The position numbers and the translations under genes were made by a program. From the NCBI GenBank assembly GCA_963771075.1, contig CAVYSE010000001.1:96001-160000 (forward strand): 64,000 nt of DNA, in the 5' to 3' direction. Shown here one piece after another: positions 33,361 through 45,186 of the stretch. Each line of letters opens with the position of its first letter. The first letter of the stretch is position 1. The stretch comes from a candidate division FCPU426 bacterium. Lineage in GTDB: Bacteria > Oederibacteriota > Muellerivitia > Muellerivitales > Muellerivitaceae. A model generated the notes under the pieces. The model saw only the letters and a program-made list of their open reading frames with translations. It ran no database searches and was not told the origin of the DNA.

Positions 33361-36300
33361 GTGGCTTCTAAAAGCGTTTTAACCCTTCGGGAACAGCTCA
33401 AAAATCCAATTTATCTTGGGCTCCTGGTCGTCACCCTTTTAGGGGCGGGGTTCCGGTTATACCACCCGAACTGGAATTTAGACCACTCCATTCATCCCGA
33501 TGAACGGAACATCCTAAACGCCACGTCCCAACCCCATATTGATAATGGGTTCAGCGTTTCTTTCTTCGCCTATGGCCAATTGCCGGCTTACCTCTACCGG
33601 GCCACGGGTGAGTTGATTTCACCCCCCCTCTTCATGATGAACTTTTTTCATGGAAGCGGCTTTGGGATGAGGCTGATTTATTGGATTTTCCTTTTGGCCC
33701 TCTTCGGAGGCGTTCTTTGGTCTTTCTCGCGTGAAAAATGGAAGGTTCCGGCCTTCGGAACGTCCGTCCTGCTGTTTGGCGCCACCCTCACCTTCAAATT
33801 CTTCAATATTTTCTGCCTATGGTTCGCTTTCCTGGAGGGCCAAACCTTCCGGTTGAAACTATTCGTTTTCCAGCCGAACATTCCGATCCTCCCCCTGGTC
33901 TGCTTTTTTGTCGTGGCGGTGGTTTCCTTGGTGATTTCCTTCCTCGCGGCCCGGATGCTCGAAATGGACTGGATCGGACTGCCTTTTTATATCGCGATGG
34001 GAATTCTCTTCCTCTTTGGCATCGTCCCGGGCCTATTGCCCGAAGCCTGGCATTGCGCGCAAATCTTCACCGCCTTCAGCTTCACCCTGGGGCTGCTCGT
34101 GCTTTCCGTCTTTTTCGCCTGGCATTACCCCTTGGGAAGGATTTCGCTGGGCCTATTCTCCTTATGGTCCTTTTTCGCGTCGTTCGACCACGGGTGGGGA
34201 GCCTTCACCGATAACGGAACCATGATGGTGATCGGACACGTTTGGGCCGCGATATTTTCCAGCCTGACCATCCTGGCGGTCTACGTTTTCGTGGAGCAGG
34301 CCTACCGCCACCGCCTGATGGCCCTGGTGGCCGCGGCCAGTTTCGCTTTTTCCGCCGTCAGCATCGAACAGGCGCATTATTGCATCACCGAATCATTCAT
34401 TACGCTCATGTTCGTGGTGATTGCCCTATGCGCTTACCGGATCAGCCAAGAAGGAAGCTGGAAGAACTACCTTTTGGCGGGGGCCGCTTTCGGCCTGGCC
34501 ATGGCCGCCAAGACAAGTTCCCTTTATTACGTTTTCATCATTGTGGCCGGGCATTTATTGAACTTGTCCAAGACTTCGGCGAAGGACTGGGAAAAGGCCG
34601 ATAAGAAGCTGAAGGAAGATAAGGAACTGTTCAGCGTTTTTGCCGCCGCCTTGCTGGGCCTGACCCTGGTGGGGTTCATCGGGGTCGGGTGGCAATTGCG
34701 GGTCGTCATTCAACAGCTTTTTTCCGCGAGCCCGCAATTGGCGACGGGCCTTTGGATCGTGTTTTTCCTGTTCCTGCTGGGAGCCGGATTCCTGTTCTCG
34801 GGTTGGGGCCTGGCCGAATTCAGGATTTTCAGGGCCCAAGCGCCCCAGTGGATCAAGCTGACCGTCACGGGCGGATTATCCTTCCTCCTGTTCTTCCTTT
34901 TCTCACCCTGGTCGCTCTTGAATTACACGAAATTCATGGAATCCATGAATTATGAGTGGGACGTGGTTTCCGCCGCTGGCGCCTGTTATGTCCTCCAGTT
35001 CAAGGATACCCCCCGCTACCTTTACCACCTGCAGAACCTCGTGAGCGTGGAGCTTTGGTGGCCGCTGGGCATTACGGTCGTCCTGGGCATGGTGTGGGTG
35101 TTCGGCCGGTTTTTCTTCGGGCTGTTCAAACCCACCTCAAAGAATTATCTCATCCCCATGCCCTTTACCCGGGGCAAGGGGTTTTCCCTTTCCCTGGCGG
35201 ACCTCTTGGTCCTTTCCTGGTTCGTGCCCTATTTCGGCTTCATCGGTTCCTGGAACACCAAATTCATCCGTTACATGGTGCCGTTGGTCCCCGCCTTTTG
35301 CATTTTCGGGGCGCGGCTCCTGGCGGACCTGTCGGACTGGGCCAAGACTCGGGGCCCCCTCCTGAAACGGTGGGCGAGCCCCATCCTATTGGCGGCCGTT
35401 TTGGGCCCCAGCCTGTTCTACTCACTGGCCTATATGCACGTTTATACCCATCCCCACCCCTGGTTTGACGCGTCGGTTTGGATTTCCAAAAACGTGAAGC
35501 CGGGCTCGGTGATCGCGACGGATACCTGGGACGACGGCCTTCCCCAGGACCTGAATCCCGACCAGGACCCACGCCTGGACAAATCGGTCAATCCCGGAAA
35601 TTACGGGCACCTGGACGTGGATATCTATTCGCCGATGGGCAATAGCTCCTCGGACGACAACGACAACAAGAAGAACTATTACGCCAACAGCCTTCAAAAC
35701 GCGGACTACATCAGCCTGGCCACCAAGAAGCTTTGGTACACGCTGGTGGACTGCACGCCCCAGTTCCGGCCTCACGGATACAACGTCTATCCCGTTACCT
35801 CCCGGTATTTCCGGTTGCTGTGGTCGGGGCTCCTGGGCTACCGGATGGTGGGGGAATTCCATAACTTCCCCAGCCTGTTCGGCTGGGAACACCCGGACGA
35901 CATGGCGGAAGAAACCTTTTCGGTGTACGACCATCCCCGGGTTTATTTGTTCCAAAAGGTCAAGTCCTTGTCCCGCGAACAGATCCTCGAGCTCTTGAGC
36001 ACGGATGATTACGTGCGGGACATCAACCGAGATACCATGAGGACGCTCACGCCGGATAATATCGGCGACTTCATCACCAAGCACGATCAAAAGCTGGAGC
36101 AGGAGGGCCTTCTCCAGAAATTGAACTCAATTTCCGCCCCCGTCACGCAGGCGTCCGCGGCCCAAGCGGAAAGCGCGCCCGCTCCACCCGCTGCGGCGGT
36201 CCCGCTCCCCCTGTCAACGCGCCTGTGACCACCATCGTCCCAGCGCCGATCGTGGAGGCGCCCAACACCGTTCCGGGAATCCCGGACGGACAAACGCTCA

Positions 36301-39300
36301 AAGCCCTGGAAAATTTGGCCGACCATCCGGTGGTGGAAAACAACATCAATTCATTGCCTCCGCAACCGGAGGAAACGGCCGGATACCAATGGCGCGCCTG
36401 GTTCAGCTGGCTGGCGCTTCTTTTGTTCCTGGGCTGGATCACGATGCCGGTGACGGTCCGGTTGTTTTCGAACATGCCCTCGGGCGCCTATTCCTTGAGC
36501 AAGGTCATTGGGTTCCTCGTCTTTACCTGGATCGTTTGGCTGTCTTGTTCGGAAGTGACGCATTTCACCCTGGCGACCTGCTGGATATGGTTGACCCTCT
36601 TGACGGGGGGGGCGGCCTATCTTGCCTGGAAAGACCAAAAGAACTTAAAGGCTTTAACCGCGAAATGGGGGAGAAGCTGGCTCATCCAGGAGGCCGTTTT
36701 CGTTTTGGCCTTCCTGGCTTTCACGGTGGTCAAAATCTATTGCCCCCATATTCATGACCCGTCCGGGGAGGGTTATAACGGGGGCGGTGAAGCGGGGATG
36801 GATTTCGGGTTTTTGGCTTCCATTGTGCGGGGGGAAAGCTTTCCTCCCCGAAATATGTGGATGGCGGGCCAACCGATAGGGTATCCCTATTATTTCGGGC
36901 ATTTGATGATGGGCGTATTGACCAAGACCCTCGGGCTGGTTCCGGCGGTCACCTACAACCTGGCCCTGATCACCCTTTTCGCCCTGGTTTTTTCATGCGC
37001 CTTTGGTTTGGCCTATTCGCTTTCGGGAAAACTGTTGGGCGGGTGGTTGGCGGGGTTCCTATGCGCCGTGGCAAGCAATTTAACGGGTGTCCGGCAATAC
37101 CTGAGCGCCCTGAACCAATGCCTGATTTCGCATAATTTATCCCCCCTGAGCGGGATCACTTATGATTTTTTCGGCCCGTCCCGGGTGATTCCAAACAGCA
37201 TCAACGAATTCCCCTATTTCAGCGTTCTGTACGGGGATATGCATTCCCATACGCTTTCCATGCCGTTCGACATGCTGTTCATCGGGATCGTCGCGTCGCT
37301 CTTCCTCACGCCGTTACCGAAGCTCTTCACCTGGAAAGGGGAAAAGTTCCTCCTCCTCATGGCGGGTTTTGTGATGGGAAGCCTCGTTTTCCTCAACACG
37401 TGGGACATCCTCACGGCCCTGGCGCTCTTGGGCCTATCCCTCGTGGTGCGAAGCCTGACGGGCCTTGACCCGAAAGCGGTACGGAAAGGACTCGAAGTCC
37501 TTTTGGGAGTGCTCGTGGCCGGCATGACCTTGTTGGGCTGGTTCGTCTATTTCCTTCCGGGAATGGACACGCAAGCCCTGGGCGGTTCGACCCTCTGCCT
37601 GGTTCTTTTCCTGCTGGCTTGCTTCATCGTCTCCTGGGCCTTGTTGTTCTCCCAGAAGAAAACAAAAGTCCTATCCAGGCACCTCCTGGAAATCGCCTTG
37701 AGCTTGGGGGTTATCCTTGCCGCAGCCTTCCTCTTTTGGGCCCCGAACTTTTTGCATTTCACCCCCCAACAAAACAAGATCCTTTGGGTGATTCCATCCA
37801 TCCGGTCGAGCCTCAACAACTTCGTCGGCATCTACGGGTTTTTCCTTTCGATCCTCCTGGTCAGTTTCGTATTGGCCTTCCCGAAGGAAATACTCAATTG
37901 GACGGGAAAAGCCAAAAAGATCAAGGATTACGGGGATTATTTGGCCGACCGAGCGATGACTTTTATAGAGGAATTATTCAACCCGGGAGGGGACCCGGTC
38001 TTGGGCATGCTTTCCGTGGGAGGCGTTTTATTGGCCTTGTTCTGGGGGGCCTCCTGGGTCCATTGGTCCGAGCCGAGGACAGGGATGATGCTATCCCTAA
38101 CGATCGCCACCTTTGCCGCTGGGATTTTTATGGCGGCGGTTTATTTCAGGAATCGCTGGCAATTATGGCTCGTCTTGGGGCTGTCCATCGGTTTGTGGAG
38201 CGTCCTTTTGATGGTCCACGCCATTCATTTTTACCAAGACTCCTTCATCACGCTGGGATTGGGGCTTTTCTCGGTTTTGTGGCTCCTGGGCTTTTTCTTC
38301 CTGGGCTTGGCGGTCAAGGTTTTCAAGGACCGCCCGCTCTCCTTCTCCTATGTCCTGGTCGCGCTCCTATTCCTCCTATTGGCCGTACTGGAAGTATTCG
38401 CCGTCAGCGAGTTCTTGGGCGGGGAATGGATGAGGAACAACTCGCTGTTCAAGTTCGGCATCCACGCATGGATCATCGCGTCCGTGGCGACGGGATCCTT
38501 TTTCCCGAGGATCCTTGGTTTCGTGGCGGATTGGCTGCGCAATAAGAGGAAAGAAACGCCCGCCTCAACCCGGGTTTGGGTGGGGGCCGCCGGGGTCCTT
38601 CTATTTGTCCTGTTCAAATTGATCCTCACGGGTTTCTCTGAAACGCTCCAAACGCCGTTGGTGTACATCATGAACATCGTATTGATCCTGGGGTTGTCCG
38701 CTTGGGGCGTCTTGACCGGCCTATTGGAAAAGACCATCGCGAAAGCCTTCGCCTTTTCCCTAGCGGCTTTGGGGATTGTTTTTTCCATGTTATCGCTTTT
38801 GCCCCAGGGCGATTTCGGCTCCATCTACAACCTCATTCAACATTGGTGTGGCGGCGTCCTGGTGGACCTCCTCTTCCCGGTTCTATTGGCCCTCTTGGCG
38901 GTTTCCCTCATCGCGTTTCTATGGGAAAAACAAAAGAATGTGGGGGCCCGGATGGCTTTCACGACCTGGGGCGCTTTAGCCTTGATCCTCGGACTTTCAG
39001 TTGCCGTCTATCCATTGGCCGCGTCGGTGAGAAAATGCCACGGCTTTTTGGATGCGACGCGCCAGAGGTGGGTGGGTTACGCGGAGAACCCCACGTTGAA
39101 CGGCTTGGAATATATCCGCCGGGAAAATCCGAACGATGACGCGGCGATCCGGTTCCTGAACCGCCAGATCCCCGATCAACCTTGTTTGGCCGAGTTCGTC
39201 GGTGCCGGGTACAATTCTTGGGGCTCGCGATTTTCCATTTTTACGGGATTGCCCGCCTTGATGGGATGGGATTCGCATGTCCATGAATGGGTCGGAAAAC

Positions 39301-39557
39301 AATTGGATAACGACATCTACAACCGGAAAGCGACGGTCGACCAGATATTCAGCACCCCGGACCCGGTTTTGGCGAAAAGCCTGCTGGATGCCTATGGGGT
39401 GAGGCTGGTCATGGTGGGAACGGTGGAACGGAACGGGGCGGGGGGAAAACCGGGATATCCCGAGGCGGGATTGGATAAATTTTCGGGTATTTTAAGGATG
39501 ATCTACAAAAACCCCGGGGTCGAGATTTATTACAATCCCCCCCCCGTTCGGAATTAG
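33361..39557 (+). CDS. giant GT-C protein: GT39/PMT-like N-half fused to a DUF2298 (TIGR03662 YYY-family) C-half; frameshift at ~36210
   Basis: HPDER, FFAYGQLP, KFIRYMVP and ETFSVYDHPRV in 33361-36228; GEAGMDFGFL, YPYYFGHL, SRVI..SINEFPYFS.LYGDMHSH in 36225-39557; a Pro/Ala linker runs continuously across a C-run junction. Confidence 0.75.
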
Positions 39558-39593
39558 GGTTTGACCGGGACGATCCCAAAGGGAGGCGTTTAA

Positions 39594-42137
39594 ATGGGCG
39601 AGTTATTGGGTTGGTGGTTCATGGTCGAGGTGTTGGGGCTATTGGCCCTGCCGATCACCCTCCTCCTTCTGCGGCACCTGCCGGACAAGGGCTATGCCTT
39701 CAGCAAGGTGGTCGCCCTTTTGGTGATCGGCTATTTTTCCTGGATTTACGGTTATGTCGCTTTCGGAAAGGGAACCGTCTGGCTCGCGGTATTGACCCTG
39801 ATGGCAATATCCGCCTGGATCGTCCGCGACCAATGGACCTCGATCAAGGAGTATTTGGCGAGGAACATCGGCTTCATCCTGGTGGTGGAAGCGATGTTCT
39901 TGATGGCCCTTCTGGTGGCGGGCGCCTATAAAATGCGCACACCGGAAATCGTCGGGACGGAAAAGCCCATGGATTTCGCCATGATCAACGGGATCCTGGC
40001 CTCCCCTTCCATGCCGCCCCAAGACCCCTGGCTGGCGGGGGGGAGCATTTCTTACTACTATTTCGGTTACCTGATCACGGCCGTCCTGTCCCTCTTGAGC
40101 GGCGTGGGATCGGGCGTGGCTTACAATTTGGAAGTGGCCCTGACCTGGGCCCTGGCCGCCACCGGCGCCTTTTCCATCACCTACGCCTTGACCCGCCGCT
40201 ACCGCTATTCGCTTTTCTCCCTGTTTTGCCTGGCGGTGTTCGGGAACATGGACTATTGGCTCCGGGCGGTCCAAAGTTTCACGATCGGGAACTTGAGGGT
40301 CCCTTATTACAACCAACCGACCGATCCGGGCGCCGCGACGGGGTTGAGCGGGGCATTGGGGTTCCTCTTCTCTCCTTTTCAACATGGATGGGATTATTTC
40401 CAGGCCTCCCGGATCATTCCCGTTCCCCCGACCGACAAGATGATCAATGAGTTTCCCTCGTTCAGTTTTTTCCTGTCCGACCTTCATCCCCATGTCATGG
40501 CCATCCCCTTCGTGTTGCTGGCGGTGGCAGCCGCCTATTCCCTCATCCGGTCGCCCTTCGGGGGAATGCAGGTTTTGGGCGCCCGTCCGGGGGTCCGGGG
40601 CATCTATTGGTTTTTACTCATGATTCTTTTCGGCGGGCTTTCCTTCATGAATAGCTGGGATTTTCCGACCTTGATGCTTTTGCTTGGCATCTGCCTATTC
40701 CTTCAACAGGGGTGGGCGCTTGAAAAGGGAACCCCTTTTCTGAAGTGGCTCACGGAAACGGCCAAGGTCGGTTTGCCGATCGTCGCCGGAAGCTTCCTCT
40801 TATACATTCCCTTTTATTTGAAATTCCAATCCCAAGCGAACGGATTGGGCTTAGTCGGGGATCGAACGGGCCTCTTTTATTTCGCGATTATTTTCGGTTT
40901 ATTCCTTTCCGTTTTAATTCCGGCCCTGATCCTTAAGGTTTTCCGCAACGGCAACGCCGATAAACCGGCTAAATCCAAAAAAACGAAGGGGGAAGAGCCG
41001 CTTTGCTCTTTTTGCGGAAGGGAAAATCCGGGTAAAAAATATTGCGGGACCTGTGGAGGGGAAATGGGGCCGACCGCCGAGGCCGAAGTGCTGGCCCTTC
41101 CCGCTTCCGGCTTTCAGCAACCCATTGACCGAGCCATTCGTTTTATGAACGGTTCGAAGGAATCCTGGGCCCCTTGGGTTTCCGGATTCGGGGTGGCCCT
41201 GATCCTGGTTTGTTTGGACATGGGGTCCGTTAAATTAGGTACTCTGCTGGGCAGCCTGCTTTTAGTTCTGCTGGGTGTCCTGGTCATGATCCGCAAAACG
41301 GAAACCCGCGAGACCCTGTTCGTGGCCCTGATGGGCTTATTGGCTTTTCTGCTGGTCTCGGGCTGCGAGATCCTGTTTATCAAGGATCATTTTTCGGGCA
41401 GCGCCCTTTACCGCATGAATACGGTTTTCAAGTTTCATTACCAGGCTTGGCTGTTGCTCAGTTTGGCGTCCGGCTTTTGGCTCAAGTGGCTGATGGAAAA
41501 TGTTTGGAGCCAATCCGGGATCCTGTTTAAAAGCGTTTGGGGAGCCATCGCGGGTTTGGCCCTGTTGGGCGCAGCCCTCTATCCCATCTTGGCCTTTACC
41601 GCCCGGATGAACGGTTCCTCGGTCGAGAACGTGACCATGGATGGGGCGGCCTATTATGAGAGGACCTTTTCCTCCGATTTTCAAATCGCGACCTGGATCA
41701 AGAACAACTTAAGGCCGATCCCGAGAAAAGATTCTGGGTCGGGCCTTAAACTTCCCGTTATTTTGGAAAGCCCCGGCCTGTCCTATCACCAGGATACGGA
41801 CGCGGTGGCGACTTTGACGGGTTATCCGACGGTCCTGGGGTGGGACTTTCATGAGGCCCAATGGCGGGGTTCCTGGGATCAAACGGTCATTCGGGGCGAG
41901 GAAAAACGGGATGATACGATCCAAAACCGCAAAGGCGATATCGAGGCTATTTATACCTCCCCGGATTTGGCCAAAACAAAGGACTTGCTGAACAAGTACA
42001 ATGTCGATTACGTTTATGTAGGCGACGCGGAAAGGCAGATGTATCCGGCGGGCGCGGCGGTTTTCGCCAAGTTCGCCCAGTTGGGAACCCCGGTTTATGC
42101 GGTGGGGAATTCGGTTTTGTATAAGCTGAATCCATAA
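39594..42137 (+). CDS. DUF2298 / Chlor_Arch_YYY (TIGR03662) membrane protein with an internal double zinc ribbon
   Basis: TEKPMDFA, PPQDPWLAG.SISYYYFG, SRII, INEFP.FSF.LSDLHPH, RMNTVFKFHYQAW; CSFC...CGTCG insert. Confidence 0.9.
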   Translation: MGELLGWWFMVEVLGLLALPITLLLLRHLPDKGYAFSKVVALLVIGYFSWIYGYVAFGKGTVWLAVLTLMAISAWIVRDQWTSIKEYLARNIGFILVVEAMFLMALLVAGAYKMRTPEIVGTEKPMDFAMINGILASPSMPPQDPWLAGGSISYYYFGYLITAVLSLLSGVGSGVAYNLEVALTWALAATGAFSITYALTRRYRYSLFSLFCLAVFGNMDYWLRAVQSFTIGNLRVPYYNQPTDPGAATGLSGALGFLFSPFQHGWDYFQASRIIPVPPTDKMINEFPSFSFFLSDLHPHVMAIPFVLLAVAAAYSLIRSPFGGMQVLGARPGVRGIYWFLLMILFGGLSFMNSWDFPTLMLLLGICLFLQQGWALEKGTPFLKWLTETAKVGLPIVAGSFLLYIPFYLKFQSQANGLGLVGDRTGLFYFAIIFGLFLSVLIPALILKVFRNGNADKPAKSKKTKGEEPLCSFCGRENPGKKYCGTCGGEMGPTAEAEVLALPASGFQQPIDRAIRFMNGSKESWAPWVSGFGVALILVCLDMGSVKLGTLLGSLLLVLLGVLVMIRKTETRETLFVALMGLLAFLLVSGCEILFIKDHFSGSALYRMNTVFKFHYQAWLLLSLASGFWLKWLMENVWSQSGILFKSVWGAIAGLALLGAALYPILAFTARMNGSSVENVTMDGAAYYERTFSSDFQIATWIKNNLRPIPRKDSGSGLKLPVILESPGLSYHQDTDAVATLTGYPTVLGWDFHEAQWRGSWDQTVIRGEEKRDDTIQNRKGDIEAIYTSPDLAKTKDLLNKYNVDYVYVGDAERQMYPAGAAVFAKFAQLGTPVYAVGNSVLYKLNP

Positions 42138-42164
42138 TCCAGAAATTGAGCGGAGGAACGGGAC

Positions 42165-43217
42165 ATGATCAAGATCGGTGAGCGCGTTTTAACAATTAAG
42201 GAAATCGTGATGGCCATTCTCTTGGCCTTGGTCCTATTGGCGGCCGTTTGGGCGATGGTGTTCGCCAAGCCAAAACCGATTATTTCGCACGCGCCCCCGC
42301 CGAGTTCGGCCGGCGTGGTCCTGCTCCAAGGCGGGGTTCCGGGTTCCGGACCCGGCCAGTTCGCCTATCCCCGGGGCATCGCGGTCAACAGCAAGGGCGA
42401 GTTATTCGTCGCGGACAGCAAAAACCACCGGATCCAAAGGTTCTCCGCGAGTAACTGGCAATACGAGGGGGAGTTCGGCGGTTATGGAAACGCGGGAGGG
42501 GGAGATGCGAAAAAATTATCCACGGTCCTGCCCGGAAAATTGAATGAGCCCAATGGAATCGCGATCGGGGCGGATGACACGATCTATGTCGCCGACACTT
42601 GGAACGAGCGGATCCAGGTCTTCAATAAGAATGGAAGCCATCCATTCGCTTTCGCCGCCGAGGACGGTTTTTGGGGTCCCCGGGAGGTCACGGTCGATTC
42701 CAACGGGTTCATCTACGTGTCGGATACGGGAAAACACCGGGTCATCAAATTCGACCCGAAGGGGCATAAGATCCGCACCTGGGGCGCGTTGGACCCGAAA
42801 ACAGGTGCGCCCGTGCCGGGAAACAAGCCGGGCGAATTCGATGAACCGATCGGCTTGGCAGTGGACCAAACGGGTAATTTGTACGTCGCGGACCGGTTGA
42901 ATTTCCGGATACAGGTCTTTGCCCCGGATGGCCAATTCCTGAGACAATGGCCCGTGAAGGGCTGGGTCAAGGATCAAGTGGATATGGAGCCCCATTTAGC
43001 CCTGGATAAGGCGAAGCAAATACTCTACGTCACCGATGGGCGCGGCAAACAGGTCCTTTGCTACCGCTTGGACGGAACCCCGGTAAGCGTCATCGGCAAG
43101 GACGCGGCGGGGAACGACCTGTTCCGTGTGCCCCTGGGGATTGCCGTTTGTAACGACGGCAACGTGGTGTTGGTGGACGCCGGATCTGGAATGCTATTAA
43201 AACTGAAGGGCCAATAA
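42165..43217 (+). CDS. membrane-anchored NHL-repeat beta-propeller protein
   Basis: N-terminal TM; repeats PRGIAV...FVADSKNHRIQ, PNGIA..YVADTWNERIQ, PIGLAVD..YVADRLNFRIQ. Confidence 0.9.
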   Translation: MIKIGERVLTIKEIVMAILLALVLLAAVWAMVFAKPKPIISHAPPPSSAGVVLLQGGVPGSGPGQFAYPRGIAVNSKGELFVADSKNHRIQRFSASNWQYEGEFGGYGNAGGGDAKKLSTVLPGKLNEPNGIAIGADDTIYVADTWNERIQVFNKNGSHPFAFAAEDGFWGPREVTVDSNGFIYVSDTGKHRVIKFDPKGHKIRTWGALDPKTGAPVPGNKPGEFDEPIGLAVDQTGNLYVADRLNFRIQVFAPDGQFLRQWPVKGWVKDQVDMEPHLALDKAKQILYVTDGRGKQVLCYRLDGTPVSVIGKDAAGNDLFRVPLGIAVCNDGNVVLVDAGSGMLLKLKGQ

Positions 43218-43253
43218 GCCTTTATCCGCAGGTTTTTATTCAAGGAGAACACG

Positions 43254-44264
43254 ATGCCTAAAAAGACAGTCCCTTCATCCAAAAAACCGAAGGGCCAGCC
43301 CAAAAACGGGAACAAAAGAAAATTGAGCAAGGGCTTGGTCGTTTTGTTCGTCATTTTCGGCTTGGCCTTTTTGGCCGTTTTGCTTTACGTGGCGGTGGAT
43401 CGGTTGAACCAGGCCCTGACCCTCTCCAAGGTGATCGATGTCACGACGGATTTGGAGGTGGACGGATCCGGCCCTAAAACGGACAAGTTCAAGGAAGCCC
43501 AGGCCGTGGCGGCTTCCCCCGATGGCGGTTTTTATGTCAGCGATTTTTCGTCGAACAATATCCGCAAGTTCGACGCAGCAGGGCAGGTCCAATTCACCAT
43601 TGGTGAACAGGGCAAGGATGACGGACAGTTCGTCCAACCGAGCGGTTTGATCGTCGATCCGCAAGAAAACCTTTTGGTGTGCGATACCTTCAACCACCGG
43701 GTACAGAAATTCGACAAGAATGGAAAGTTCCTGTCCAAGTTCAGCCATGGTTTTTTTGGCCCACGCGACCTGGTGGAGGTGGGGAACCGCATTTACGTGT
43801 GCGACACCGGGAACCATAAAATCCAGGTATTCGACCTGGACGGGCACTTCCTGATGGATTGGGGGGGGTTCGGCTCTTCGAACGGCCAATTTCAGGAGCC
43901 GGTGGGCATTACCGCGGACCCCGCCGGGTTTATTTACGTGGCGGACTCGGATAATAAAAGGATCCAAAAATTCGATTTAAACGGGCATTTCCTGGGTGCC
44001 TTTAAGGTCCTTACGTGGAAGGGCAAGAATGACGAGACCCCCTATTTAGCCTTTTACCAGGGGACGATTTTCGCCAGCAACGCCAGCCGCAAGGCGGTCC
44101 TGCGGTTCACGACGGAGGGCAAGCTGCTCGCCATTTACCAGCGCAAAGAGGGGTTGGGCGATACGGCGGGCGTGGCGGTTGACACGGCCGGAAGGGTTTT
44201 AGCCGTGGAAAAGGGATTCAACCGGGTGGCCCGGTTCCTTCCGGTGTTGAAAACAGCCAAATAA
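43254..44264 (+). CDS. membrane-anchored NHL-repeat protein
   Basis: Basic N-terminus plus TM; CDTFNHRVQKF, CDTGNHKIQVF, VADSDNKRIQKF. Confidence 0.9.
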   Translation: MPKKTVPSSKKPKGQPKNGNKRKLSKGLVVLFVIFGLAFLAVLLYVAVDRLNQALTLSKVIDVTTDLEVDGSGPKTDKFKEAQAVAASPDGGFYVSDFSSNNIRKFDAAGQVQFTIGEQGKDDGQFVQPSGLIVDPQENLLVCDTFNHRVQKFDKNGKFLSKFSHGFFGPRDLVEVGNRIYVCDTGNHKIQVFDLDGHFLMDWGGFGSSNGQFQEPVGITADPAGFIYVADSDNKRIQKFDLNGHFLGAFKVLTWKGKNDETPYLAFYQGTIFASNASRKAVLRFTTEGKLLAIYQRKEGLGDTAGVAVDTAGRVLAVEKGFNRVARFLPVLKTAK

Positions 44265-44389
44265 CACCCCGAAAAATTCATTCGATTTCTTCGAGTGTTA
44301 TTCATTTCGAGGAAGCACTTCGTCGATCTCGTTGATTAAAACTTCCAATGAAATATCTTCCCCACCCGGGGGCGACCTTAGGAACCACA

Positions 44390-45118
44390 ATGGCCGGTAA
44401 AAGAAACCAGACCTTGATCGTTGTGCCGACCTATAACGAAAAAGGCAATATCGAGAATATTTACAAGAAAATTTACCTGGCCTCCAAAGCCTGCGATCTA
44501 CTGGTGGTGGACGACAATTCTCCCGACGGGACAGGGGAAATAGCGGATCGTATTGCCCGAAAGGACAAACGGGTATCGGTGCTCCACCGGACCTCCAAGA
44601 ACGGATTGGGGACCGCCTACGTCGATGGCATGAAATTCGCCTTGCAAAAAAAATACCAAAGAATTATCGCCATGGACGCCGATTTATCCCACGACCCAAT
44701 CAACATCCCAAAAATGCTGGAGCTGGCGGGTAATTATGATTTGGTAATTGGGTCCCGTTATGTCCATGACGGCGGTATGGTTAATTGGGGTATGGGAAGG
44801 TTTTTTATCAGCCGTTTCGCGAATTGGGTCACGAAGTGGGTTTTAGGGCTTCAACCCGAGGATTGTTCGGGCGGCTATAAATGTTACCGAGCGGATCTAT
44901 TAAAGGAAATAGACCTGAATCGAATTTTCTCCCCCGGATATTCCTTCCAAGTTGAAATCCTCTTTAGGGCCGTTCGCCTAAAGGCCAAGGTCGTGGAGTT
45001 TCCGATCATTTTCGTGAACCGACACGAAGGCGAAAGCAAATTGTCGCTCAGTGAATTGGGGCAATTCGCGGGAACGGTCATGAAGCTCCGTTGGATGGCC
45101 TGGACGGGGAAGTTATAG
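44390..45118 (+). CDS. polyprenol monophosphomannose synthase (Ppm1/Dpm1-like GT2)
   Basis: VVPTYNEKGNI, VVDDNSPDGT, GLGTAY, MDADLSHDP, GSRYV..GG, GYSFQVE, PIIFVNR..GESKL. Confidence 0.9.
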   Translation: MAGKRNQTLIVVPTYNEKGNIENIYKKIYLASKACDLLVVDDNSPDGTGEIADRIARKDKRVSVLHRTSKNGLGTAYVDGMKFALQKKYQRIIAMDADLSHDPINIPKMLELAGNYDLVIGSRYVHDGGMVNWGMGRFFISRFANWVTKWVLGLQPEDCSGGYKCYRADLLKEIDLNRIFSPGYSFQVEILFRAVRLKAKVVEFPIIFVNRHEGESKLSLSELGQFAGTVMKLRWMAWTGKL

Positions 45119-45127
45119 CTTGTTAAT

Positions 45128-45164
45128 AAAAAAGGAGGCGGGTTAAAACCCGCCTCCTTTTTTT
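45128..45164. terminator. bidirectional rho-independent terminator
   Basis: A run, GGAGGCGGGT-loop-ACCCGCCTCC, T run, between convergent genes. Confidence 0.9.
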
Positions 45165-45186
45165 GTTTAATCGGCCTGTCTTGAAG

